Origin: Paramoeba atlantica
Taxonomy: Eukaryota; Protista; Discosea
Assembly: GCA_977017575.1 (NCBI GenBank)
Contig: CDRNVI010000044.1
Coordinates: forward strand, 1 to 64,000
DNA: 64,000 nt
Direction: 5' to 3'
The notes beneath the pieces are model-generated. The model saw only the letters and a list, made by a program, of their open reading frames with translations, ran no database searches and was not told where the DNA came from. Both the position numbers and the translations under genes were made by a program. Positions 42,901-51,419 of the stretch are shown here, piece after piece. Every line of letters begins with the position of its first letter. The stretch's first letter is position 1.

Positions 42901-43483
42901 CTCCCGGTGCTCGGGCATGAATTGCACCAGAAAGCACTCACACATAGTGAGGTACCTCGCAGATTTGTGCTCCAAAGCTGGTCTCCCTTGTATTATCGAA
43001 CCGCGCATCCATTCTTCGTTTTTCTGTACTAAGTGCAAGTGTTCCATCTCAGCGGAAGTAGCTGAACATCATCCTTGCAAAGCCCGCAGAATCCGATCCG
43101 GTCCTGATCTTGCTATTATGTGGCCCCACATGGGGGAGGTCCTGTATGATTTTACCGTTGTTCACACTTGTTGCAGCAGCTATGCCAAACAAACAAGTAC
43201 AGCGCTGATGCAGCACGTGCTCGACAAGAAATTCAAGAAGTACGTTACGGAGAAAGGCGTAGAAAGCGACTCTTTTCGTTGCCTGGCCGCCTCTGACTGC
43301 GGTCTTCTGCACAACGACACCAAAACCCTCCTCAAGGCATTATCCCAACGAGCCAAACAAAAGTACGAAGACGTACGTGAGGCCTTCCAACTCGAGATAG
43401 AAAAGCTAGCAGCGTATACTATTGTATCGCAGCTCCGCGAGTATATTCCAGAAGCACATTGGATTGGTGGACTGCGTCAGTGA
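39995..43483 (+). CDS. Family B RT/RLE polyprotein, copy 4
   Basis: Consensus copy; its poly(A) leads into the stuttered SL of A3. Confidence 0.9.
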   Translation: MTRLSRTSSRLDSENTRKKGSRTTVNNGKSHGRVEKQRTQRDQSKTNGIKVAEESGSHTETPVKVKKTPKIKIIGSKTLAPNWADHEPPCEITSRNLIKIKAKNFRIGSTSQSHENIAHDENHIQEDPAKEMSETESETSDTMCLDDDGSTQDRVQELMTQAGNKSPDQVYNIVSKWGKGTECVIEWGFRQNTTNYKSNGIVVGRTVRKSTVKVKISYEPALGHDGPCGFLYLPPSNKIRICNLQATKLFKIEMPTQNLEEQAEHISCEDGQSDLDPLPPMAQIDPSFAVHVVAIFRAIIRGYAAAELDSEKEAIWHKFLNAPRDSLATVRQAIRRNQKVAHVRNDRENLEASNLSAEQRAELEIDRRSIRHALQTARAGNLGKATRILDNVYKESALTPEEKVRKLQQLHPEGDAIRIPEADFPRTGVVEKSEVRLATEKLSRGASPGPTGLSESMMRLLVDDEESCLSLCHMLRDVINGEVPLNVRKRLTRCRIIALAKPQNGIRPIAMGDTILKICGSILLQRHENALQNFFSPIQRGILQKNACESIVHELLNEYEEGHAILTVDFSNAYNTPQRNAIAEALLGNPIFKPFMRLFYLEYGIPSELLFFAHNALFATIESSSGIRQGSALSSMYFCALLQGPLRELMHLYPDVKIRAYQDDVTLSSKNVQALEAAFFYLREIAAEMNLRINFQKCDWFQKNIPNIAQPPPLEKLGVNFCSDAIKVLGAYVGTDQVVENLLIKKMEKHKCLFRRLLLMGPSNLSLAILRRCTIPRHDYHLRVHRPGATFQLAQSFENQVNKVLEKWSGADANALKLAALPQKLGGLGLISSTLKQKHFFETASKSIDEHLKPNNAPVDQKGSEKAMKQPQSRGEAARKLLKKKLSAEHDKQITELQKDSHMGLLLKRTKESNMHLESTSNYVNPYLFRYTLMMRLGIGLHNAPADVICPGCCGHESPTSIIPHVAGCSRCSGMNCTRKHSHIVRYLADLCSKAGLPCIIEPRIHSSFFCTKCKCSISAEVAEHHPCKARRIRSGPDLAIMWPHMGEVLYDFTVVHTCCSSYAKQTSTALMQHVLDKKFKKYVTEKGVESDSFRCLAASDCGLLHNDTKTLLKALSQRAKQKYEDVREAFQLEIEKLAAYTIVSQLREYIPEAHWIGGLRQ

Positions 43484-43745
43484 GTCGACCAACAAGTTCG
43501 CACATTAGAAAAGCTCTTAAAAGTTCTTATTATTATTCACAACGATTATCCGTGTTTAGAATGCCTGCGAGATTTAGGATAATACGAACGATCTTTGGGA
43601 GAAGGCTCAGAAAAAAAAAAAAAAAAAATAGAATATTTAACGATAAAGATACAGTTTCACGAGATAAAGATACAGTTTAACGATAAAGATACAGTTTCTG
43701 TACCTTGTTGAATTATTTTCTTTTTCTTTGTCTACTCTCTTTTTG

Positions 43746-46700
43746 ATGGTGATGAACGAGACACACCCAGACAACCATCCTGAGGACACACCTTTCGACC
43801 CTGGAATCATGGATTCTAATCAGAATTCTGTCCACGAAGAAAAATCCCATGAATTGGGTAGTTGGGACCAGTTTAAGGGCAACGAACATCTTATCCGAAG
43901 CGCAAGCACCTATGACGAGAGTTTGTACACTACTGCCATCCCGCAGAATATCCCGCACGATTGGATGCGCCGTGCGCACGCTTTAGAAAAGGATATTGAA
44001 ACGCCCGACATGGGTCACGTACATGACCGAACTGAAGAGGAGATCCATTGTAGTGTCCAGCGTGATATCGATAAGTCTAATAATGCTGATTTCGAAGGAG
44101 CTGATTCGATTCCACACAGCCAACTAAGCACATTTAGCAAGGCTGCGAAGATGACCGATGAGTGCTCTAATGTCAATCCTGACGGAACCGATTCGACTTC
44201 ACTCAGCCAATTAAGCACATCTAGCAAGGCTGTGAAGACCACTGATGAGGGTCCTAATGTCAACTTCGAGGGAACTGATGCGACTTCACCCAGCCAATTG
44301 AGAAAATCTAATAAAGCTGTGAAGGCGAGATTTTTACGACACCTTCGAAACTCAGAACACTCTAAGAACTGTTACGAATCCGAAAGCAGTACGGCCACGT
44401 TCCCAGACCTCACTCCGACGGACCTCGTTTCTCATTTCTCCGTTTCTAGCAGTCTAAAGAGGCGCAAGAACAAGAAGTGCTCTAAAAGAAATATTACCTC
44501 ACAGACATCTTTGAACCAATCAGGCTCCGAAAGCACAGTAGCGACAGAGTCGGGTAGCGACGGAGTCTCCGTTGAACCGGTATCATCACAAGACAGCTGC
44601 GTCACATCGGAAGTAAAGCTTAAGCGGAACCGAGCCACTTTCAAATCCGAGCCTGTTAAATCACCTAACCTCACGCGGAAGACAAAAACATCATATAACG
44701 CTAGAAAGTGCCCAGTTGAATCATGTTTATGGCAAACCGGTCCTCATGGAAATCAATGGCAGGCGTATTATAATCACGTCTCAAACAGGCACGGGGCGGA
44801 AGTAACGGACACGTGGTGGGCAGAGGAAGGAAGATTTCGATGTGCATACTGCAAAAAACATTACCACTTAGGCAAAAAGGAGTCCCATACGCGACATTGC
44901 AAATTTCGCACACACTCATCCGATAACCCTCAGGATCCTTCCCGTGAGGTGAACGACTCCCCGAACCCTACCACAAACGCCGCTGTGATGCCTGAACGCC
45001 CCCCCGGTACGAACCCTAATGATCAGCCCGATCAGATGGAGGATGTTGACAACTTGCTGCCGACCTTATCTTCTGTGTGCACACTGCCGGTGATTACGAG
45101 CAAGGATATCCCTTATTGCTGCAGGGCTGAATGGGCACGAGTACTCACTTCCTGCTTGATGGCAGCCACGCTAGATAATACACTCGAGGCGTGGACTCTC
45201 CTTGCGATGCTTCCGAAATGTGTCCTTCCGGCCCCCCGCCGTGGAGGCAGTAAGAACAAAACCTCTTATGCGTCCTACGTTCGAAAATGTCTTTCCAGAT
45301 GGAACCAAAAGGAGTACATACCCCTCTGGAGTGAAGCAATCGCCAGTCTACAGCGCAAACGCAAATCCCCGGCGCAAGCAACCAGCGTAGAAGAAAATGA
45401 CGACAAGGCAGCTCTACGAGCGGCTAGGCTTGCCCGAGATGGAGAGCTATCGCGTGCCATGACAGCGATGACCTCGGAGCCACTCGCTCCCCATGACGAT
45501 GCCACCTACAATAAACTCATAAACAAGCACCCTCCACGACTCTCTGGCGAAGACCCAGGCGAACAACTTCCTTCATCGTCCGTAACCCCTCTCAAGATCA
45601 CACAGGAAAATGTAACCGAGGCACTCTCAAGTTTCCACAGAGGATCCTCCGGAGGGGCGTTCGGCCTTCGGCCAGAACATGTGCAGATAGCCATGGCATA
45701 TCACAACGATGAGCGCATAGATCCATTGGGAACGCTCACCAAGTTCGTTAACCATCTTCTTTCCGGAGGCGCGATGGACGAGGTCCAGCCGCACTTCGCT
45801 GGCGGACGCTTATGTGCACTTCATAAGGGAGCACACGATGTTCGGCCCATCGCCGCAGGAGAAACCCTCCGGCGTCTCGCAAGCAAGGTTGCGTGCTTTT
45901 CTGTCAAACCAAAGGCCTGTCGGCTCTTCCGAGGACATCAGTACGGGGTTGCAATACCCGCTGGAGCCGAGAGGGTAATACATTTATGCAGATTGACCAT
46001 GGCGGAACACGTTGATGACGAGGACTTCGTCTTATGTAAAGTTGATCTCCGAAATGCGTTCAACCACGTATCACGCAACAGCTTTATTTCGCTCACCCGT
46101 CAATATTTTCCTGAGCTTAGTCCCTATGTCGAATGGTGTTACTCTTCAGACAGCCGCCTAACCTTCGGAGATCGAACGATCACCTCTTCTGAAGGAGTTC
46201 AGCAGGGAGACCCACTAGGCCCTCTTTTATTTTCTCTCGTCGCGAAGGAACTATTTACGGAAATCAAGAAGGCAGCCCCAAGGCTTGACTTAAACATGTG
46301 GTTCTTGGACGATGGGGTTCTGTCAGGCAAATCTTCAGACGTCAGGCATGCACTTGACGTCATTGCAGTCGAAGGTCCCAAGTGGGGCTTACATCTCAAT
46401 GTTGCTAAATGTGAACTCATTACGAATCCAGCTGCCTCTGACCGATTTGCTCTTTTCCCGGACATTCCTGGTTTGAACAAAAACACAGACGGCAATCTTG
46501 ACATCTTGGGAAGCCCTATTGGATCTACAAGCTTTTGTCACCGATACCTATTGGAAAATCCAATCAGTCTCGCTGAGGACTCACTAACGGCAATACAAAA
46601 GTTGGATGACCCTCAAGTGGCCCTATCGCTCATTCGTCATTGCACAGGATTTTGCAAAATGGTGTATGCTCTACGCACGACACCTACCGCGGAGCTACAA

Positions 46701-47990
46701 GACCTTTGCGAACGCCTGGACCGAGCAGTCCAAAACACGACGGAGCGCTTTATCGGTCCTTTGGGTGAATCGGCTCGACGACAGGCCCAACGAGACAAAC
46801 GACACGGAGGATTAGGGTTGAGGTCCGCTGCAACACACGCCACATCAGCATACGTATCTTCTGTGGCCTTTGCGTCTGCAAATGACCGTTGGGACCCCAC
46901 GCAAGCTGAGAGTTTTGAATTCGCAGTACGGGACGTCAATAGGCGCGCGGGCTATAACTTCGTTTCAAATACAGGGAGAATTCCAAAACCTTCGTCTTCC
47001 CCACCTGAACAGTTGAACCCAGAAACAGCAAACTCCGACGATATCATCCCGGACGAAAGAATCCTAGAAGTTTTGCACCCCGACGACGCAGACCCTGAAG
47101 CCTCTCGCCCCGTACTAGTAATCCCGCGACAACGAGAATTAAGCCAGGTGATTTCAGCATCCCAATACTTGGCAGACTATAAAAACGCAGATGACAAAAC
47201 CAGAGCCCGATGGGTATCCCAAACGGGAGAAGGGGCATCGGAGTGGGCCTTTGTGATTCCATCGAAGACCAGTGGTTTCGCTTTCACTTCCGCCGAGTTT
47301 CGCACTCTGACGCGATGGTGGCTAGGGGAAAAAATTTACCCCAAGGCAAGACCCTGCCCTATGGACAAATGTGGGCTCCCGCTAGGCCCTGAGGGGGACC
47401 ATGCACTTTCCTGCAAGAGTGGGCATGGTATCATCGCTCGCCACAACGCTCTTGCCAGACAGTTTGCCCGAGACTGCACAAATGCCGGGCTTACAACGAA
47501 GCGGGAAGTAAGCCTGCATAACACGGGCCCTGGCGGCGGTCTGACGCGACCGGCGGACGTATTTATCTCAAGTTTTCGAGCGGGTCAGGGCCTTGTAATG
47601 GATTTCGCTGTCACACACGTCCAGCAAACAAAATATACGGATCTAGTCCGTGATGCTAGCGTGGTTTCAGCTGGATCCTTTGCGGAAAGATACGCAACGG
47701 AACACAAGCAGAAACAACGGGAAGAAGCCGCCGCAGCCAAACTCCGATTTGCGGCCATGGCCGTAGAATCATACGGCTCATGGTGCCCCAGCGCTATGGC
47801 TGTGATCCGTGACGTGGCAATTGAGCACTCAATGCACTCCGGTAAACTATCCAAAAAAGAAGCCTTACATCGACTTCTTGCTGGCTTGAACGTCACTTTA
47901 ATGCGGTCGCAGGCACGTATGATGGTGCTACGATCCTCACCGACACCTGACCCAGCCCTGATAGGCTATGGCGATATGGAAGTGGTGTAG
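43746..47990 (+). CDS. Polyprotein: LsmAD-like domain, zinc fingers, RT, CCHC, RLE (first ATG at 43746; tracked ORF from 43728)
   Basis: GSWDQFKGN..STYDESLYTT; CPVESC..H..H; QQGDPLGPLLF; FLDDG; RHN; RPAD..VMDF. Confidence 0.93.
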   Translation: MVMNETHPDNHPEDTPFDPGIMDSNQNSVHEEKSHELGSWDQFKGNEHLIRSASTYDESLYTTAIPQNIPHDWMRRAHALEKDIETPDMGHVHDRTEEEIHCSVQRDIDKSNNADFEGADSIPHSQLSTFSKAAKMTDECSNVNPDGTDSTSLSQLSTSSKAVKTTDEGPNVNFEGTDATSPSQLRKSNKAVKARFLRHLRNSEHSKNCYESESSTATFPDLTPTDLVSHFSVSSSLKRRKNKKCSKRNITSQTSLNQSGSESTVATESGSDGVSVEPVSSQDSCVTSEVKLKRNRATFKSEPVKSPNLTRKTKTSYNARKCPVESCLWQTGPHGNQWQAYYNHVSNRHGAEVTDTWWAEEGRFRCAYCKKHYHLGKKESHTRHCKFRTHSSDNPQDPSREVNDSPNPTTNAAVMPERPPGTNPNDQPDQMEDVDNLLPTLSSVCTLPVITSKDIPYCCRAEWARVLTSCLMAATLDNTLEAWTLLAMLPKCVLPAPRRGGSKNKTSYASYVRKCLSRWNQKEYIPLWSEAIASLQRKRKSPAQATSVEENDDKAALRAARLARDGELSRAMTAMTSEPLAPHDDATYNKLINKHPPRLSGEDPGEQLPSSSVTPLKITQENVTEALSSFHRGSSGGAFGLRPEHVQIAMAYHNDERIDPLGTLTKFVNHLLSGGAMDEVQPHFAGGRLCALHKGAHDVRPIAAGETLRRLASKVACFSVKPKACRLFRGHQYGVAIPAGAERVIHLCRLTMAEHVDDEDFVLCKVDLRNAFNHVSRNSFISLTRQYFPELSPYVEWCYSSDSRLTFGDRTITSSEGVQQGDPLGPLLFSLVAKELFTEIKKAAPRLDLNMWFLDDGVLSGKSSDVRHALDVIAVEGPKWGLHLNVAKCELITNPAASDRFALFPDIPGLNKNTDGNLDILGSPIGSTSFCHRYLLENPISLAEDSLTAIQKLDDPQVALSLIRHCTGFCKMVYALRTTPTAELQDLCERLDRAVQNTTERFIGPLGESARRQAQRDKRHGGLGLRSAATHATSAYVSSVAFASANDRWDPTQAESFEFAVRDVNRRAGYNFVSNTGRIPKPSSSPPEQLNPETANSDDIIPDERILEVLHPDDADPEASRPVLVIPRQRELSQVISASQYLADYKNADDKTRARWVSQTGEGASEWAFVIPSKTSGFAFTSAEFRTLTRWWLGEKIYPKARPCPMDKCGLPLGPEGDHALSCKSGHGIIARHNALARQFARDCTNAGLTTKREVSLHNTGPGGGLTRPADVFISSFRAGQGLVMDFAVTHVQQTKYTDLVRDASVVSAGSFAERYATEHKQKQREEAAAAKLRFAAMAVESYGSWCPSAMAVIRDVAIEHSMHSGKLSKKEALHRLLAGLNVTLMRSQARMMVLRSSPTPDPALIGYGDMEVV

Positions 47991-48018
47991 TTCCATCCTC
48001 TTTTGCATCCTCTGGTCC

Positions 48019-48251
48019 GGATGTTGGTCGTGTCGACAGAGTCTATACTCACGCCTAGCCCGCGAGGGCTAGGTACCCCAAGTGAGGTAGTACACGGGTA
48101 GTGAATCTCCTCCCCGTCGGCCAGCATCCTGTTTCGTGACCGTGTCGCTGTCGACACAGGCCCGCGCCTGCGCCCTCCCGTATAGCAAGGGAAGGGTTCA
48201 CAAGTCAGGCCGTGGAGAGGTCGAAAGACCCGGTCCGGAACGCGCGAATGG
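48019..48251 (+). ncRNA. Family A structured 3'UTR core, copy in A3 (duplicated at 50649-50881)
   Basis: Same conserved block. Confidence 0.7.
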
Positions 48252-48497
48252 ATTGGGCATGGATTGCTTGTTTTAATTTTTACTGTTTTTCTTGTTTGTA
48301 GTATATACTTAGGGGAGACTAAATTGCTAGTTTTGGGCTGAGAAAAAAGGTACATCTGTGGACAGAAAAAGAATTGCTAATTTGATTGTTTGTTAAAAAA
48401 AAAAGAAAATACTTCTGTGGAAATAAAAGGAATTGCTAATTTGATTGCTTGTTTTAAATTCATATACCACCAAAAAAAAAAAAAAAAAAAAAAAAAA

Positions 48498-48921
48498 GGC
48501 GTGAGTCTATACTCACGCCTAGCCCGCGAGGGCTAGGTACCCCAAGTGAGGTAGTACACGGGTAGTGAATCTCCTCCCCGTCGGCCAGCATCCTGTTTCG
48601 TGACCGTGTCGCTGTCGACACAGGCCCGCGCCTGCGCCCTCCTGTATAACAAGGGAAGGGTTCACAAGTCAGGCCGTGGAGAGGTCGAAAGACCCGGTCC
48701 GGAACGCGCGAATGGATTGGGCATAGATTGCTAGTTTTTATTGTTATTGTTTTTATTGTTCTTATACTTACGGGAGATCGAATTGCTAGTTTTGGGCTCC
48801 AAAATATGAAATTGCTAATTTGATTGCTTGTTTTAAAATCATATACCCCCCCAATGGACCTACTTGGTTCGTCTAATGGGTCAAAATATAGAGGCAATGC
48901 CAAAAAAAAAAAAAAAAAAAA
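48498..48921 (+). repeat. 5'-truncated family A 3'UTR copy with fold-back 5' end and poly(A)
   Basis: Starts with GGCGTGAGT-CTAT-ACTCACGCC; poly(A) at 48902-48921. Confidence 0.85.
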
Positions 48922-50500
48922 TATGGAGGTTTTGGTCTCCGATCTGCATCTGCGCACCGCTCAGCGGCGTACGTGTCTTCAGTTGCTTTTGCTGCAGAGA
49001 CGGATCGTTGGCTACCGTCAGATGCAGAAGGATTCTCTTCCGCAGTCCTGGACATCAATCGCCGGAGCGGAGGCCCCGTAGTTGATCCGGACACGGGAAG
49101 AGCATTAGAGGAGATCAGCTCCCCTTTTCCGACAGGATCTAGTCAAAGTACAGAAACGGACAATTCTTGCACCCCCCGTCAACGTGCCTTGAGCGACGCA
49201 ATCTCGGCGCACGAATTTTCATATGCGTACGCAGCGGCGGACAGTAGCACTCGCGCGAGGTACACCTCTCAGACTGGAGATGGGGCCAGCAGCTGGGCAT
49301 TTTGCATCCCATCAACAGAGCTTGGCCACGCTTACACACCCACAGAATTCCGCGCCCTCTCCAGGTGGTGGTTAGGTGCCAAGGTCTACAACGAGTTGAG
49401 CACGTGCCCAATTAACACATGCCAACAACCTCTCGACCTCGAAGGAAACCATGCAGTGTCTTGCAAAAGTGGGAATGGACTGATCTCCCGCCACAATGCG
49501 CTCATTACACAATTCACCGACACGTGCTCCAAGGCGAATTTATCACCTTCACGTGAGGTAAGCCTGGGGAACCTAGGGCCTGGCGGCTGTCCCACGAGGC
49601 CGGGCGATGTCTTTATTCCGGGCTATGAGAAAGCTCAAGGTCTGGTGCTTGATTTTGCTGTCACCCACGTTCAGCAACCTAAATACACGGACTTAGTCCG
49701 CAACGCTAACGGGGTGGCGGCAGGATCATTTGCGGAGCACTACGCCGCTTCTCACAAGGTGAAAGAGAGAGAGGAGGCGGAACAAGCAAAACATGTGTTT
49801 GTTGCCATGGTGGTAGAATCATATGGTGCTTGGAGTGCAAGTGCCCTATCAATCCTTAGATGGGTTGGGAAGCATCGCGCCTCATGTTCCCAGGGGACTC
49901 TATCTCAAGAAGCAGCTACCCGTCAGCTGCTTCAAGAGCTTAACCTCACCCTGATGCGTTCTCAATCGAGAATGCTTGTCTCACGCATGCCGGCTGAAGA
50001 TCCACAACCGGCACTTATTTTGCAGTAGCCTAAACCAAGGCTCGCGGATCCCGGCATGTTCGAAGGCTGAGGGTGCTGGTCTCGTCGACAGAGTCTATAC
50101 TCACGCCTAGTCCGTCAGGGCTAGGTACCCCAAGTGAGGTAGTACACGGGTAGTGAATCTCCTCCCCGTCGGCCAGCATCCTGTTTCGCGACCGTGTCGC
50201 TGTCGACACAGGCCCGCGCCTGCGCCCTCCCGTATAACAAGGGAAAGGTCCACAAGTCAGGCCGTGGAGAGGTCGAAAGACCCGGTCCGGAACGCGCGAA
50301 TGGTTGAGGAGCCGCCTGCAGGCCGGGTGAGGCGAAGCTGAGGGAGACCTTACCCCCCCTGAAAAGTTGAAAAGTTGGGTAGGGGAAAGCAGGAAAGTAG
50401 GGAGAAAGGTGGGAAAAGTATGTCAAGAGGTGAGAAAGAGGAGAAAGAGAGAGAAAAATTTTCTTTATTTGCATAAAAAAAAAAAAAAAAAAAAAAAAAA
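48922..50500 (+). mobile_element. 5'-truncated copy of A1 (ORF remnant to 50028, 3'UTR core 50071-50303, type-2 tail, poly(A))
   Basis: Nearly identical to the reverse complement of 6501-8075; starts directly after poly(A). Confidence 0.9.
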
Positions 50501-51115
50501 CGACTTCTTGCTGGCTTGAACGTCACTTTAATGCGGTCGCAGGCACGTATGATGGTGCTACGATCCTCACCGACACCTGACCCAGCCCTGATAGGCTATG
50601 GCGATATGGAAGTGGTGTAGTTCCATCCTCTTTTGCATCCTCTGGTCCGGATGTTGGTCGTGTCGACAGAGTCTATACTCACGCCTAGCCCGCGAGGGCT
50701 AGGTACCCCAAGTGAGGTAGTACACGGGTAGTGAATCTCCTCCCCGTCGGCCAGCATCCTGTTTCGTGACCGTGTCGCTGTCGACACAGGCCCGCGCCTG
50801 CGCCCTCCCGTATAGCAAGGGAAGGGTTCACAAGTCAGGCCGTGGAGAGGTCGAAAGACCCGGTCCGGAACGCGCGAATGGATTGGGCATGGATTGCTTG
50901 TTTTAATTTTTACTGTTTTTCTTGTTTGTAGTATATACTTAGGGGAGACTAAATTGCTAGTTTTGGGCTGAGAAAAAAGGTACATCTGTGGACAGAAAAA
51001 GAATTGCTAATTTGATTGTTTGTTAAAAAAAAAAGAAAATACTTCTGTGGAAATAAAAGGAATTGCTAATTTGATTGCTTGTTTTAAATTCAAAAAAAAA
51101 AAAAAAAAAAAAAAA
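50501..51115 (+). mobile_element. 3' fragment of A3 (last codons, 3'UTR, poly(A))
   Basis: Duplicate of ~47871-48461. Confidence 0.9.
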
Positions 51116-51335
51116 GGGACGGGGTCCTGGGGTTTGGTGGTTGTCCCTATAATTTTGGAAGGTTATAGATGTTAATCGGTTGACAAACTTTATCCTCACG
51201 CCTTGGTTTTCGAAAAAACAAGGTTCCCCAATGTGAGATAAAGGTGAGTAAAGTTTTCTTTACTCTGCGATTAGCGCCTTAATGTTTTTAACCGCGTCAT
51301 TGTTGACACGGCCAAAAAAAAAAAAAAAAAAATAG

Positions 51336-51373
51336 AACTTTAACGATAAAGATACAGTTTCTGTACCTTGTTG
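51336..51373 (+). other. Complete 38-nt spliced-leader exon copy
   Basis: AACTTTAACGATAAAGATACAGTTTCTGTACCTTGTTG: AACT start, ACAGTTTCTGTAC core and TTG end, as in kinetoplastid and diplonemid SLs. Confidence 0.88.
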
Positions 51374-51419
51374 AATTATTTTCTTTATTTCATCTTTTCC
51401 AGGTACGCGGTTCTTTCTC

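Larger units (their letters stand above)
18224..43636 (+). repeat. Tandem array of a ~5370-bp unit (family B element plus passenger fragments), five family B copies
   Basis: ORF stops at 22001, 27372, 32743, 38113 and 43483 give a period of 5370-5371. Copies differ only by rare SNPs and homopolymer lengths. Confidence 0.95.
43636..48497 (+). mobile_element. Family A CRE-like element A3, full length
   Basis: Stuttered SL (the longest copy, nt 4-38, at 43676-43710), intact ORF, 3'UTR core at 48019-48251, poly(A) at 48472-48497. Confidence 0.93.

Noticed and set aside
48019-48251. Hammerhead or HDV ribozyme call for the 3'UTR core
   Set aside because: I found no CUGANGA/GAAA core or clear HDV double pseudoknot by eye; it is left as an unclassified structured RNA.
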